In this document: positions 62,345-64,000 of the stretch, piece after piece | Numbering within the stretch: position 1 is the stretch's first letter | Layout of the letters: each line of letters begins with the position of its first letter | From: Neoechinorhynchus agilis | Lineage: Eukaryota > Animalia > Acanthocephala | Direction of reading: 5' to 3' | Assembly (NCBI GenBank): GCA_051530055.1 | Contig: CM121342.1 | Span: 1,398,797-1,462,796 of the forward strand | Length of the DNA stretch: 64,000 bases | Translations under genes and position numbers: made by a program | Notes under the pieces: model-generated | Seen by the model: the letters and a program-made list of their open reading frames with translations, nothing else | The model's database searches: none | What the model was told of the DNA's origin: nothing

Positions 62345-62680
62345 GAACATCAACCGGACGAAGTGGGATCGGAGTAATTTTGAGCAACACGCATACAGGC
62401 GGAGTGATCGAAGTGAACCGAAAAAGCGATAGAATGATGTGGATGAGGATAGGTCTTGGAGGTAAATGTATGGTAATAGTGTCTTGTTATGCTCCACAAG
62501 TCGGCCTTCCACAGCAGGAGAAAGACGAGTTTTGGGAAGACTTGTATGACGTTATGCGAAATGTAACGAAAGAGGACCGATACGCTGTTTGTGGGGATTT
62601 CAATGGTCATGTGGGAGCTGAAAACGTAGGATGTCACCAAGTGCATGGTACAAAAGGCCTCGGAAACAGAAATCAGGACT
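62345..62680 (+). mobile_element. RTE-clade AP-endonuclease fragment
   Basis: SGIGVIL, RKSDRMM, VSCYAPQVG..EKDEFW and GDFNGHVG. Confidence 0.88.
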
Positions 62681-62684
62681 TGTT

Positions 62685-62810
62685 ACTTCATCAGTGAGAA
62701 GAGTTTCCACAGATGCCAGAGGAACAGCCTCCAACTACGCTCCCGATTCTCGTGTCGAAACTGCCAAAAATCTTGCTCGGGCGACCCAATCGCGAGAAAG
62801 GAAGAGTTGG
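62685..62810 (-). mobile_element. Short CRE-clade fragment
   Basis: Matches 12145-12270 (gatgccagaggaacagcctccaa...gattctcgtgt.gaaactgccaa). Confidence 0.8.
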
Positions 62811-62814
62811 GAAA

Positions 62815-63600
62815 CGCGTCCTTGGGTGCTATCGACGCGGATAGCCCATTCACCGTCGAATGCGACGCGTCTGATGTTGCCGTTTCGGCCACACCGAGCC
62901 AAAACGGAAGACCTGTAGCCTTCATGTCCAGGACGCTCAAAAAGTGCGAGATGCGATATCCTGCCGTCGAAAAGGAGGCGATGGCAATCGTCGAAGCTGT
63001 CAGAAAGTGGATACCTCTACTGAATGGGAGACGTTTTCAGCTTTTTACTGGCCAACGATCGGTAGCTTTTATGATGGACAGTCGCCGCCGAACCAAAATT
63101 AAGAACAGGTCGAGTATTATTACGCAATTTCGTGCGAAATAAAACAGAAGCGAATTCAACACATGCAAGAATACGATATGAAGATGGTACGGAAAGTTCA
63201 GTTTCGACCAAGGACCTTGCCAAACTTCCAGCACCCGATAGCACTAACGATAATCTCATCGAGTGCCCAGACGAAGACAGTCGAAGACCGGGTTCCGGTG
63301 ATCCAAACGACTGCGAAACGAAGGTGCCACTAGAAGACAAAAAACTGTACCACTGATTGTTGTACTGAGGTATTATCGAGTCAACCTTCTACGAGTGCCC
63401 CGTAACTCCGCAGATCTACACGAATACGACGAAGACCAGAACGATATCAGTGAAAACTCTAAGAGGGCGAGAATGACGTAATAATTATACACGACTAATT
63501 CTTCGTCGCCATAATTCAGCCGCTTACTAATCCGCTCGCACGAACGCATTCACGCATACCGTTATTTTCAAGTTGAATAAAACTGTTTGTGGCCACCACA
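62815..63600 (+). mobile_element. Second Ty3/Gypsy element: RNase H, deleted integrase, PPT and short LTR
   Basis: ECDASDVAV, PVAFMSRTL and EKEAMAIVEAVRKW. PPT aagagggcgagaa at 63461-63473, then TG at 63474, AATAAA near 63576 and CA at 63600. Confidence 0.8.
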
Positions 63601-63749
63601 CTGGTCTCGTCGAGGTCACCAATTTAGCGGCGACACGTAACCAAGAAGTATTTTTATTGTTGTACTCTACAATGGTCCAATATGTGTTGTACCTGCTGCC
63701 GTTCGTCGGTACAAACTCCCTACGGTTGCACTTCGGGCATCTGAAAGAA

Positions 63750-64000
63750 GTCGTTCCGCAACGGCAGCGATGGGATGTACAAATCGGTACCCCAAGTCTC
63801 AGTGGTCACTGCAATCCTTACTGTCTCGTCGGAGTGTACCCAAAGAAGCGATCGTGATAGCGTTGAGCCAAGCACTCGGTGTGACCAAGTGAGTTCTATC
63901 CACCACGTTACGAGAATCTGAAATAAAAGAGTTATGAACTCTCACAACCAGGAGTAAATCCTAATCTAATTAATTGCAGCCATTGACGGGTACCTGTTTG
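63750..64000 (-). mobile_element. CRE-clade fragment running off the window end
   Basis: Nucleotide similarity to 41790-42040 (gcgatgggatgt...gatagcgttgag...acgagaatct...gggtacct). Confidence 0.75.

Overview
This is eukaryotic, AT-rich animal (probably invertebrate) genomic DNA, not prokaryotic. I found no rRNA, tRNA or CRISPR. Many M starts in the ORF track are TTG/GTG and most short ORFs are spurious. Recognisable host genes are compact, mostly with 44-130 nt introns: RMC1/C18orf8, prefoldin 2, a reeler-DOMON-cytochrome b561 (FRRS1-like) gene, an intronless POLG2-like gene, complexin and a large LRR ectodomain ORF. There are also three unrecognised genes: a secreted acidic repeat protein, a single-pass membrane protein and a Ser-rich multi-exon gene. 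These sit among four unrelated tandem satellites (about 485, 146-150, 154 and 187 bp units) and a dense layer of decayed transposons: about nine CRE-clade non-LTR fragments, RTE, CR1/L2-like LINEs, two Ty3/Gypsy elements, a Helitron and MITE-like hairpins. Strongest leads: (1) POLG2-like and FRRS1-like are only 54 bp apart on the same strand, and five start codons have a splice-acceptor-like site within 0-12 nt upstream, suggesting operons resolved by spliced-leader trans-splicing; (2) the FRRS1-like protein has lost a DOMON heme Met and one of four b561 heme His; (3) a type I hammerhead ribozyme remnant; (4) an hnRNP A RRM fragment next to a Helitron. All family assignments are from manual motif recognition, with no database searches. 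Some frameshifts may be assembly errors.
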